Counted from the first letter of the stretch, positions 17,757 to 26,781 are shown. The stretch: 64,000 nucleotides of DNA from an uncultured Candidatus Actinomarina sp. (GCA_902580215.1 CACHJT010000005.1:36428-100427), one strand, 5' to 3'. Translations and numbers: made by a program. The notes: generated by a model not told the origin, from the letters alone.

Positions 17757-19344
17757 AAATTCTTTCCAATCGTTTTGTATATCTAAATGAAATAGCTGAA
17801 ATTATAAGTACGAGTGCAAAAATAATTATTGTAACACTTGATGCAAGACCAAATAGATTTCCTCTACCTCCAGAAATTGCCAGCTTATAAGTAAAGGATA
17901 TCAAAATATCGGTCCACCCAACAGATACCTCACTTCCAATAATTGGAGGACCTCCTCCCGAAAGAAGGAATATTAAAGTAAAGTTATTGAAATTGAATGC
18001 AAATGAACCAATTAATAATGGTGATATAGAGACCATCAGCAAAGGAAAAGTTATCCTCCAAAATGATTGAATTCCAGTTGCACCATCAACCTTTGCAGCT
18101 TCAATAAGTTCCTTAGGAATGGATTGCAATGCTCCTGTGGTAATTAAAAACATATAAGGAAAACCAAGCCATGTATTAACTAGAAGAACAGCTGATCTGG
18201 CACTTTCTTTAGTCTTGAGCCATTTAACAGGCTCTATATCCAACATTTCATATAAAGGACCTAGCCACGAGTTAATAACACCATAATCAGGATTTAATAA
18301 TCCTTTCCATACAAGAGCTGAGACAAATGCTGGTATTGCATAAGGAAGAATAAAAACAGCTCGGTAGATTCTTTGAAATTTTAAACCATCCTTGTTTAAT
18401 ATCATGCTTAAAAGAAGTCCTACTGCAAATGAAAAAATGACAGATAATAAAGCAAATTGAAATGTCCATTTAGTAACAACACCTAAAGGGCCCCTAATCC
18501 TCTGACTAGAAAAAAGTTTACTGTAGTTCTCTCCTCCTACATAAACCCTCCAACCTGGTTCTATCTCTTTACCTTCACATTCAAAATTATCTTTTACAAC
18601 TGGACATAGCGTATTGGTTGCATTATTAAATAAGGCATCATTCATCTCATCATATGTATAGAGCTGAGAAGTGGAGGTTAGTCGACCTGTAGAGGCACCA
18701 AATACAGAAATTTTATATAGTTGTGCTCTAGTGTTTTTATCAATTACTAGTGAAAGTTCTTGTAAGGTTGTTGAATTGGCTATTTGCTCTTTTCCAGAAA
18801 GTTGATAATAGCCGTCTGGTGTAGAAAATTCACCATCAATGAAAAGTGAAGGTTCATGGGTTGCATAGGATGTAGAAAAAATCTCATTATCTGAAACTGC
18901 TTTTCCAAATAGAATGTTTTCAGAATCTAAATTAGCGACATAATAAAAATTTAAATCTATATCTTGGAGAATATACATTTCGAATTCGAGTCCTTTTTGA
19001 TCATCTGGTGTAAAAACTCTATCTTCCAAAACACCAATTGCCTGAGTCTTGGTAAGGATATGTCCTGTAGACCAATTGGTAAATGAAACGTATGTATTGT
19101 AAACAGCAGGAAATACTACAAAAGATAACATAAATATCATGCCTGGGAGTATCCATTTCATAGGTTGGAATCTATCAGTAAAGTAAACAATATTTACCAA
19201 AATGCCAATAACTAAAATTAACGATAAAAAGAACCAAGATTCAAATGTTAAAGCAAGAGGCACAGCATAAACAATTAATGCATTGAATATTGCTAATAAG
19301 GTATACTTAAAAATTTTTGAGAGAGTCATACTTAAATATATCAT
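17743..19344 (-). CDS. Sugar ABC transporter permease with large extracytoplasmic loop (MalF-like)
   Basis: 533 aa. EAA loop LIEAAKVDGATGIQSFWRITFPL. Long loop between TM3 and TM4 as in MalF. The start could also be the ATG at 19329. Confidence 0.85.
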   Translation of the reverse strand: MIYLSMTLSKIFKYTLLAIFNALIVYAVPLALTFESWFFLSLILVIGILVNIVYFTDRFQPMKWILPGMIFMLSFVVFPAVYNTYVSFTNWSTGHILTKTQAIGVLEDRVFTPDDQKGLEFEMYILQDIDLNFYYVANLDSENILFGKAVSDNEIFSTSYATHEPSLFIDGEFSTPDGYYQLSGKEQIANSTTLQELSLVIDKNTRAQLYKISVFGASTGRLTSTSQLYTYDEMNDALFNNATNTLCPVVKDNFECEGKEIEPGWRVYVGGENYSKLFSSQRIRGPLGVVTKWTFQFALLSVIFSFAVGLLLSMILNKDGLKFQRIYRAVFILPYAIPAFVSALVWKGLLNPDYGVINSWLGPLYEMLDIEPVKWLKTKESARSAVLLVNTWLGFPYMFLITTGALQSIPKELIEAAKVDGATGIQSFWRITFPLLMVSISPLLIGSFAFNFNNFTLIFLLSGGGPPIIGSEVSVGWTDILISFTYKLAISGGRGNLFGLASSVTIIIFALVLIISAISFRYTKRLERIYGNI

Positions 19345-19349
19345 TAAAA

Positions 19350-19377
19350 AAATTGGGGCTCAACAGAGCCCCAATTT
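19350..19377 (-). terminator. Intercistronic stem-loop + U-tract (attenuator/terminator) between malE-like and malF-like genes
   Basis: AAATTGGGGCTC-(4 nt)-GAGCCCCAATTT, a perfect 12-bp stem with a GC core. On the coding (minus) strand it runs straight into TTTT, giving AATTTTTTT after the GC core, and ends 2 nt before the malF-like ATG. Confidence 0.6.
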
Positions 19378-19396
19378 AATATTGATTAATTAAAAA

Positions 19397-20701
19397 TTAA
19401 CCGCCAGCAATTGCATTACGAATTTGTTCTGCTGCTAATTTCATAGCATCAGATGCATTGCTAACTGTTACGCCTGTTTCTTCATTTGTACCATAATTTT
19501 GGTCTCTAATAATTAACAAAGCGTCACCGAATGGTCCCCATACACTTCCCATTTCTGGAATGTTAGGCATAGGAATACCATTTGCAGCACTAGCCGCAAA
19601 TACAGCTGCTACAGGATCCGCAGCTTCTACTACAGCAAATAAAGATTTTGTAGCAGGTAGTCTTGGATCAGATTCATACATTGCTTGTTGAACTTCAACA
19701 GTTGCAAAAAAGTCAAGAATAAAGCTTTGAGCTAAAACTTGCTTATCACTAAATGATGAAACCATTGCACCTCTTACACCAACAAATGGAGTAGCTGCAT
19801 TTCCATCAAACTGAGGTATTAATCCAACACCGTAGTTAACTGCGCTAGCATCGCCTCTTGCCCATGGACCAGTCATCCAGAATAATGAACGACCTTCTTG
19901 GAATGCAGTCATAGAGCCACCATAGTCTGTGGATGCAACTGTTCCATTTTTTACAAGTCCATCTAGGTATTCAGCAGAAGCCAAAGCTCCAGCGTTATCT
20001 AAACCAACGTCTGATGCATCGAATCCACCTTCAGAAGCAAAAACATAACCTCCAGCTGATGCGACAAATGGATGATTGTGGTAAGCGTCTCCGCCTCCTC
20101 CACCACCTGGTGCACCAACACAAAGTTCAGTCCCTGCAGCATCACAAGCAGCTTTTGCCTCTTCCCATGTTGTTGGGACAGAATCGACTAAGTCTGCATT
20201 GTAATACATAGCAATAGCTTCTGTTGCATAAGGAAATCCGTAAACTTCTCCACCATAACTAAACGCTGTAACGCCGACATCAAATAAATCAGATGCTACA
20301 GAACCTAAATCTAGTGGTGAAACTACACCGTTTGCTGCTAATTCTCCAACCCAGTCATGTGCTCCTAAGAAAACATCTGGACCTTCACCTGCTGGACCAG
20401 CAGTTTGAACGTCTGTTCTTATTGCACCGAAATCATAAACAACTACTTCTACATCAACTCCAGCAGCAGCTTCATAAGCGCCAACTAAAGGATCTAGAGC
20501 ATTTGCAACTTTTTCCTCAGCCCACACAACGATTACTTCTGGTGGTGGTGCTGTGGTTGCAGGAGCAGCTAATGTTTCTTTAGGTGCTTCAGTGGTATCT
20601 GGTGCTTCTGCTGCATCATCTGCAGTATCTCCACCACAAGCCACGGCCACTAAAGAAAACATCAATAAAAATACGATAAATCGTAATTTATTAGTTTTCA
20701 T
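19397..20701 (-). CDS. Sugar (maltose/maltodextrin-type) ABC substrate-binding lipoprotein
   Basis: Start moved to ATG 20701 (MKTNKLRFIVFLLMFSLVAVAC, lipobox VAC). AGGGAG lies just upstream. Ala/Pro/Thr linker followed by a family-1 SBP body. The gene is visibly GC-richer than its flanks. Confidence 0.85.
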   Translation of the reverse strand: MKTNKLRFIVFLLMFSLVAVACGGDTADDAAEAPDTTEAPKETLAAPATTAPPPEVIVVWAEEKVANALDPLVGAYEAAAGVDVEVVVYDFGAIRTDVQTAGPAGEGPDVFLGAHDWVGELAANGVVSPLDLGSVASDLFDVGVTAFSYGGEVYGFPYATEAIAMYYNADLVDSVPTTWEEAKAACDAAGTELCVGAPGGGGGGDAYHNHPFVASAGGYVFASEGGFDASDVGLDNAGALASAEYLDGLVKNGTVASTDYGGSMTAFQEGRSLFWMTGPWARGDASAVNYGVGLIPQFDGNAATPFVGVRGAMVSSFSDKQVLAQSFILDFFATVEVQQAMYESDPRLPATKSLFAVVEAADPVAAVFAASAANGIPMPNIPEMGSVWGPFGDALLIIRDQNYGTNEETGVTVSNASDAMKLAAEQIRNAIAGG

Positions 20702-20818
20702 ATACTCCCTTTCGTATATACGTATATTCACTCTTTACGAATGTCAATGACAACTTTATTGTCTAATTAGAAATTTTTCTAGCTAAATAAAAAAAATATT
20801 GCACAAATGCACAAAATT

Positions 20819-22750
20819 TTATTTTTCGTGAAGAATTATGCCTATATCTCCTGCATTTTTAGTTATTTTGACAGAACCGTCTTCAAGATTTGCTTCACAA
20901 TCTCCATAGACTACATCGATACTATGTGCATTAGACGGGATAACTATGTCATTAGTAGATCTATCTCTATTTACAATACAAATAAGTGACTCGTCTTGTA
21001 AAATTCTTCTGAAGATTACAACATCTTCCATGTAATCTAATAATTCAAATCTTCCATATTTGAAAATTGGATTAACATTTTTGATTTGCATCATAGTTTT
21101 TGTAAATTCAAGGATTGTTTTATTCCACGATTCTTCATCGTGCCAAGGAAATGGTTCTCTGTTAAAAGGATCATCAGCACCACCTAGACCAACTTCGTCT
21201 CCATAGTAAACACCAGCTATGCCTGGAAATGTAGCTTGTAGAAATATTGCTCCGAGTATGCCATCCTCATTGTTACCACATCGGTTCAAAAATCTTTTTA
21301 CATCATGGGAACTCAATAAATTCTGGCATGAAGAAAGAGCCTCGAAAGAATACATGGAATATAAATTAGCAAGAGAGTCGGCAAATTCTTTATTGTTGAT
21401 TCTCTTGGTTGCAAAGTAATCGGTCATAGTTTCTCTAAAAGAGTAATTCATTGTTCCGTCAAATCTATCTCCTTGAAGCCACTGAGAAGTATCTCCAAAT
21501 ATTTCAGAAATAAGCAGAACATCTCTCTTGGTAGAGTAAGCGATATCTCTGAAATCTTTCCAGAATGAAAAATCTAGTTCCTTTGCAACATCCATTCTCC
21601 ACCCATCAATATCAAAATTCTCAATCCAATGCTTTGTAACATCAAGAGCCCATTGTCTTGCACCATCAGAATCAAAATTCACTTTGGGCATATCAGGTAC
21701 TCCCCACCAAGCTTTAAATGACGGTTCAACTATAGGTCCATCATCTTCCCTTATTTCAACTGGCACCATAGTTTCTTCGAAAGTTTTATCTAAATATTGT
21801 TTATACTCTTCTTGATTTCCATCCCAACCTACTTTGTAAGTATTGGCATATAAGTGTGGTCTGTGGATAAACCTTACTGGATAATCGAATACTGTAAACC
21901 AGTCTTTATACTCTGACTTCTCTCCATTCTTAACTAAGTCTTGAAATGCAAAATGTCTTGGGTGAACATGATTTAATGAACAGTCTAAGATTATTTTCAT
22001 ACCTCTCTTATGACATTCTTTAATTAATTCTCGTAGAGCATCGTCACCACCTAATGTAGGGTCTACTTTGAAATGATCCCATGCATCGTACTTGTGTGTG
22101 CTAGATGACAAAAAGATTGGATTCAAGTAAATTATATTTACTCCAAGAGACTGGATATGATCAAGCTTTTGGATTACTCCATATAAGTCTCCGCCTTGAA
22201 AATCTAATCTTGTAGGAATTGAACCCCATTCAACAGTATTTTTTGGATTTAGAGAACTGTCTCCATTAGCAAATCTGTCAGGAAAAACTTGATACATTAC
22301 TCCCCCATATACCCAGTCAGGAATTGTGTGTCTTTGGTATGAGCCAGAATCGTAAACCCATTTTTCTGAAGGAGATATGAAATTTGCTATACCACTAGTT
22401 CCTAGATAAAGATTAAGCTGTTCATCAGTGCTTGCTGCAAAGCTAAACTTTGCTGTAGGTGATCTGAACTGTATCTGAGTACCCCAAAAAATAAATCTGT
22501 CTGTTTCTGCATATTTCCTGAGTTCAATTGGCCTAAAATCTTCATCTTCCAATAAAATCCATAGTTTTGAGATATTTTTTTGAGAGTGAACTCTTACTCT
22601 CCCGGTACCGTCTCTCGAAATAGAAAAGTGTTTTTTGTCGTTAAAATCGAATCTAAAATCGTAATGCCCTAAATGAACATCACCATCAAAAAAATCTATC
22701 TTCTGCTTTTCACCAGCATCTACAAATTCGGGACTGTGTTCTTCTACCAT
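20819..22750 (-). CDS. GH13 alpha-amylase family enzyme (neopullulanase/cyclomaltodextrinase-like, cytoplasmic)
   Basis: 643 aa, no signal peptide. All four GH13 regions are present: DCSLNHV, GWRMDVAKE, SEIFG, LSSHD. Confidence 0.9.
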   Translation of the reverse strand: MVEEHSPEFVDAGEKQKIDFFDGDVHLGHYDFRFDFNDKKHFSISRDGTGRVRVHSQKNISKLWILLEDEDFRPIELRKYAETDRFIFWGTQIQFRSPTAKFSFAASTDEQLNLYLGTSGIANFISPSEKWVYDSGSYQRHTIPDWVYGGVMYQVFPDRFANGDSSLNPKNTVEWGSIPTRLDFQGGDLYGVIQKLDHIQSLGVNIIYLNPIFLSSSTHKYDAWDHFKVDPTLGGDDALRELIKECHKRGMKIILDCSLNHVHPRHFAFQDLVKNGEKSEYKDWFTVFDYPVRFIHRPHLYANTYKVGWDGNQEEYKQYLDKTFEETMVPVEIREDDGPIVEPSFKAWWGVPDMPKVNFDSDGARQWALDVTKHWIENFDIDGWRMDVAKELDFSFWKDFRDIAYSTKRDVLLISEIFGDTSQWLQGDRFDGTMNYSFRETMTDYFATKRINNKEFADSLANLYSMYSFEALSSCQNLLSSHDVKRFLNRCGNNEDGILGAIFLQATFPGIAGVYYGDEVGLGGADDPFNREPFPWHDEESWNKTILEFTKTMMQIKNVNPIFKYGRFELLDYMEDVVIFRRILQDESLICIVNRDRSTNDIVIPSNAHSIDVVYGDCEANLEDGSVKITKNAGDIGIILHEK

Positions 22751-22802
22751 AAAAATTAATTTACTATCAAATAGACATTATATACTCTATATTTGAGGTG
22801 AT

Positions 22803-24284
22803 ATGGATATAAATAAAAGTAGTGGATTAATTTTACATCCAACATCTTTACCTAGTTCATATGGTATTGGAGATTTGGGTAAAGAAAGCTATGAATTTAT
22901 TGATCTCCTCAACCAGTCAGACACTAAAATATGGCAAGTTCTTCCTTTGGGAATCACAGATAATATTGAATTTTCACCATACTCTAGCAAGTCATCTGTT
23001 TTGGGTAACCCATATATTGTTTCTTTAGATAACTTAGAAAACAATATATTTCACGAAAGTGAATTAAACGAAATAAAACTACCTATAACTAATGAAGTAA
23101 ATTACAAAGCTGTATACACAAACAAAGATAAAATTTTTAACCTTATCTCTGAGAGAGTAAATTATAACGACAACGAATATCAAAATTTTCTGGAAAACGA
23201 TTTAATAAAAAGACACATAACCTTTATAACCTTGAGTGAGGTTTTTGAAAGTTCGTGGAGTGAGTGGTCTAGTGATTATCAGAATTTTTCAGAGGAGCTA
23301 TTTGATATGGTCTTCGATGAATATAAAAATAATTTTATGAAAAACTTATTTTTACAATTTGAGTTCAATAAACAGTGGCAAAAACTTAAATCCTACGCAA
23401 ATAATAACAATGTAAGAATTCTTGGAGATATACCAATATATGTGAACCATAACTCTGCAGATGTATGGTTAGATAAACATTTATTTGATTTGGACGATTC
23501 TAATAATATGAGCTTTGTATCAGGTGCTGTTCCAGATGATTTTACAGTAGAAGGTCAAGTCTGGAATACAGCTTTATACCAATGGGATAATCATAAAGAT
23601 GGAGGATACAAATACTGGATTGATAAATTAAATTACAATTTACAAAATTATGATTATTTAAGAATTGATCACTTTGTTGGGTTTTTTCAATTTTGGGCCA
23701 TACCTTATGGTGAATCAGCTCTTAATGGTCACTGGAGGAAAGGTCCTTGGGAAACTTTTTTTAGTACCGTATCTAAAAACGTTGATTTTAATAAATTGCT
23801 TGCTGAGGATTTAGGTGTAGTGCTTGAAGAAACAGCAGATATATTAAAAAAATATACAATTCCAGGCATGAAAGTATTACAACAACGAGTACCTAACAAT
23901 CAAGTACACGATGAAATTCATCCAAAACATTGGGATTATAATATTGCAGCCTACACCGGCACACACGATAGCCCTACAGTGAAACAATGGTTAAATGAGG
24001 TTGAAGATATTCAGCTTCAGTTTTTTTATGATTATAAAAAAGATATTAAATCGCAATATGACTCTGATATTTGGAATTTCATATCGCTTGTTTGGGAGTC
24101 TCCATGTCAATTAGCAATTACAACTGTTCAAGATTTACTCGAACTTGATAAAGAATCAAGGTTTAATTCACCAGGAACTCAAGAAGGCAATTGGAAATGG
24201 AGAATTCAGGATTTATTTGATTTAAAAAAACCTCTACATGTTTTAAAAGATTTGAATAAGGTGAATGAAAGAATTAGTGATTAG
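22803..24284 (+). CDS. malQ: 4-alpha-glucanotransferase (amylomaltase, GH77)
   Basis: 493 aa. SGLILHPTSLPS N-terminus, LRIDHFVGF, GTHDSPT. Confidence 0.9.
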   Translation: MDINKSSGLILHPTSLPSSYGIGDLGKESYEFIDLLNQSDTKIWQVLPLGITDNIEFSPYSSKSSVLGNPYIVSLDNLENNIFHESELNEIKLPITNEVNYKAVYTNKDKIFNLISERVNYNDNEYQNFLENDLIKRHITFITLSEVFESSWSEWSSDYQNFSEELFDMVFDEYKNNFMKNLFLQFEFNKQWQKLKSYANNNNVRILGDIPIYVNHNSADVWLDKHLFDLDDSNNMSFVSGAVPDDFTVEGQVWNTALYQWDNHKDGGYKYWIDKLNYNLQNYDYLRIDHFVGFFQFWAIPYGESALNGHWRKGPWETFFSTVSKNVDFNKLLAEDLGVVLEETADILKKYTIPGMKVLQQRVPNNQVHDEIHPKHWDYNIAAYTGTHDSPTVKQWLNEVEDIQLQFFYDYKKDIKSQYDSDIWNFISLVWESPCQLAITTVQDLLELDKESRFNSPGTQEGNWKWRIQDLFDLKKPLHVLKDLNKVNERISD

Positions 24285-24582
24285 ATCGAATATACTCGAT
24301 AACCATTGTTACTTCATTATCAGTTAGCCTTTGAGCAGGCATTGAACCTTTGCCTTTAGTTATTGTTTGTACCCAATAAGAATCCGGCATGGATGCTGAT
24401 TGACTTCCTGCATCTAAGGCAGGGCCTACTCTACCCTCAAAGTCTTTACCGTGACATGCGGAACATCTAGCTTCATAAACTTCTTCACCAGTTGAATACG
24501 ATTCTGCCACACTTGATGAACATGCCATAAAGAACATAGCAAAAAGGATTAATGTGATTTTTTTTAAATTATTCTTCTTCAA
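24274..24582 (-). CDS. Monoheme c-type cytochrome, lipoprotein
   Basis: CSACH heme motif with distal GKGSMP (Met ligand). Start re-set to TTG 24582, giving MKKNNLKKITLILFAMFFMAC (lipobox). The ORF-track 24651 start would run through tatA. Confidence 0.7.
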   Translation of the reverse strand: MKKNNLKKITLILFAMFFMACSSSVAESYSTGEEVYEARCSACHGKDFEGRVGPALDAGSQSASMPDSYWVQTITKGKGSMPAQRLTDNEVTMVIEYIRSNH

Positions 24583-24706
24583 GTGCAGATTTAAATTCTT
24601 TTGTAGATTTCCCCAATGACTTAGCCAATCCAGGAAGTCTTTTTGCACCAAAAAGTAAAAGCAATATTGTCAAAATAATTAAAAGTTCTGGTAAACCTAA
24701 TCTCAT
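24569..24706 (-). CDS. tatA: Twin-arginine translocase subunit TatA/E
   Basis: Not in ORF track (45 aa). Hand translation: MRLGLPELLIILTILLLLFGAKRLPGLAKSLGKSTKEFKSALEEE. This is the canonical TM helix + FGxKRLP + amphipathic helix. Confidence 0.8.
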   Translation of the reverse strand: MRLGLPELLIILTILLLLFGAKRLPGLAKSLGKSTKEFKSALEEE

Positions 24707-24723
24707 ATAATCATTTTAATAGT

Positions 24724-25626
24724 TTAATTTTCTTTATTAAGACCTATAAATTTCTTTTCTATTACCCACATACCAAGGAATCCAATTACTCCAAATGTAA
24801 AAAAAAATACCAAGTCATTACTTTGGCTGGCTGTCGGTAAAATTGGAGTTGTATAAACAGCCTCATTAGCTGAGTTATACTCTAAAACTTCATAAAAAGG
24901 CCAAATTTTAAATAATGAACCACCAAGAAATCCTATAAGAACACTTATTACAACATCATTATATTTTTTAAAAAGGTACGAGAAAACTCTACTAAATGTA
25001 ACTAAACCAACTATGCATCCAGCTAAAAATATCGATATAACTGCGGTATCAAAACTATTCAAAGCTTTCAATATAAATTCGTATTTTGATAAAAACACAA
25101 GAATAAACGAACCACTTATCCCTGGAAGAATCATTGCAGAAATTGCAATTGCGCCAGACATAAATATATAAAAATTTGTATTCGGAGTATTAGATGGGGC
25201 CTGGAGAGCTATAAATGATGAAATCATAAGTCCTATTAAAAATGAAAGAAAAACAGCACTGTTTACTCTTTTAATTTGATAAAAAATTAATATCCCAGAG
25301 GCAATTATTAAACCGAAAAAGAATCCCCAAATTTTAAAAGGATGATCATCTAATAGATAAACTATAAATCTTGAAAGAATCAAAATTGAGGTCAACATTC
25401 CAAAAACTAATGTAATTAAAAAAGTTCCATTTATTTCTTTCCAAAATGCTGAAAATTTAAAGGTCAAGAGTAACTTCAATGTTTTTGTATTAATTGATTT
25501 TATTGAGTCTATTAACTCTTCATAAATACCCGTTATGAAGGCTATTGTTCCACCAGATACTCCAGGTATAATTTCAGCGATACCCATGAAGACACCTTTT
25601 AAATACAAATCAGGTTTAATCTTCAT
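24724..25626 (-). CDS. DUF368 membrane protein (PopT-type putative undecaprenyl-phosphate translocase family)
   Basis: 300 aa, polytopic. The motif GVSGGTIAFITGIYEEL is repeated as PGISGSFILVF. Confidence 0.8.
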   Translation of the reverse strand: MKIKPDLYLKGVFMGIAEIIPGVSGGTIAFITGIYEELIDSIKSINTKTLKLLLTFKFSAFWKEINGTFLITLVFGMLTSILILSRFIVYLLDDHPFKIWGFFFGLIIASGILIFYQIKRVNSAVFLSFLIGLMISSFIALQAPSNTPNTNFYIFMSGAIAISAMILPGISGSFILVFLSKYEFILKALNSFDTAVISIFLAGCIVGLVTFSRVFSYLFKKYNDVVISVLIGFLGGSLFKIWPFYEVLEYNSANEAVYTTPILPTASQSNDLVFFFTFGVIGFLGMWVIEKKFIGLNKEN

Positions 25627-25629
25627 AAA

Positions 25630-26778
25630 TTATTTTGTTTGGGTTCTTACTAATCTAAATAAAATTGGTGAGAAAGTTGCTGTAATTACAGCTAAAAGAA
25701 TTATTTGTTGCTCTAATTCTTTTGAAATTAAATCTAGATGAACCCCTATTTCTGCCATAGCAATAATAAGACTAAATCTTGCAGAAAGTAAAAAACCTCC
25801 TGCAAGCATATCTCTAAATTTTATCTTTGAGAAAACAAGTAGAAGAGAAGGGATGAACTTAACTCCAACCGCAATCAAGAATAGATACCCTACTTCGACA
25901 AAAAATTGTGTTTCAGAAAAAACACTAATGTCATAATTTAATCCAATGTTTATAAAAAAGATAGGAATTAAAAACCCATAAGAAAATCCTTTTAAGCTGC
26001 TTTCTAAAGTTCCCCTATTCGAAAATGTGAAAGCGAAAATCGTTCCAGCTAAGAATGCACCAAGTATTGGCTCTATATCAAAAAATACTGAAACTCCAAC
26101 AAGCACCAACATAAGGGCTATAGAACTTCTTATTCCCAACTCATCCGGATCGTTTCCGTCAAACATTCTTGAAAATAGTTGAGGATTCCACCAAGCAACT
26201 CTTCTAATAATTCTTAATAACATAATTACTACTACAAAATAAAGCACAACATTAAGGTTTGAGATAGATAACCCTCCAGCATTTATAAAAGATGCATACA
26301 CAGTAGCTGCCAATAAAGTTAATATATCTGCAAGTAAAGCGACCATAAACAAAGTCTGTCCATATTTTGTTTTAATCGTTCCATCACTTCTTAAAATAGT
26401 TATCACTATATCAACACTTGTTGTGCACAAAACTAAAGCAAGAAAAATTGGATATCCCAAAGTAGAAATCAAATAAAAAGAAGTTATCACAGTCAAGAGA
26501 TAGATTGACATTGGGAGCGCTAGAGTTCTTAAACCTTTTTCACGGAAAGTGTCTAACTCAATTTCAAACCCTGATAAAAACATCAATAGTAAAAAGCCAA
26601 GTATTGCAAGCCCCGAAATGAATTCTGACGAATCAACCCATCCTAAAACTGGTCCAACTGTAATTCCATAAGCTATCTCAAGTACAATTCCAGGTATCTT
26701 AATTCTTTGACCTACAAGTGGCAAGATAAATGCACCTAAGGAAATAATGACTAAGGATACTGCTTCAAACTCTTCCAT
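25630..26778 (-). CDS. Cation:proton antiporter (CPA2/Kef-type membrane domain)
   Basis: 382 aa, about 11-12 TM segments, Na+/H+ exchanger family pattern. Lies 3 nt downstream of the RCK gene. Confidence 0.8.
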   Translation of the reverse strand: MEEFEAVSLVIISLGAFILPLVGQRIKIPGIVLEIAYGITVGPVLGWVDSSEFISGLAILGFLLLMFLSGFEIELDTFREKGLRTLALPMSIYLLTVITSFYLISTLGYPIFLALVLCTTSVDIVITILRSDGTIKTKYGQTLFMVALLADILTLLAATVYASFINAGGLSISNLNVVLYFVVVIMLLRIIRRVAWWNPQLFSRMFDGNDPDELGIRSSIALMLVLVGVSVFFDIEPILGAFLAGTIFAFTFSNRGTLESSLKGFSYGFLIPIFFINIGLNYDISVFSETQFFVEVGYLFLIAVGVKFIPSLLLVFSKIKFRDMLAGGFLLSARFSLIIAMAEIGVHLDLISKELEQQIILLAVITATFSPILFRLVRTQTK

Positions 26779-26781
26779 AAA

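Noticed and set aside
20719-20747. Sigma-70-type promoter for the malE-like gene (TTGACA at 20742..20747 on the minus strand)
   Set aside because: No acceptable -10 lies at 16-18 nt spacing: TATACG at 15 nt, TACGTA at 17 nt. The predicted start would fall on the RBS, so it is not reported as a feature.
19933-20750. Three plus-strand ORFs (92, 96 and 65 aa), Gln/His/Leu-rich
   Set aside because: They are shadow ORFs antisense to the GC-richer malE-like gene. They are low-complexity, have no start context, and are explained by local stop-codon depletion.
24583-24651. N-terminal extension of the cytochrome c ORF (MVQKDFLDWLSHWGNLQKNLNLH)
   Set aside because: It is an alternative frame of the canonical tatA ORF. 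The TTG at 24582 gives a proper lipoprotein signal peptide.
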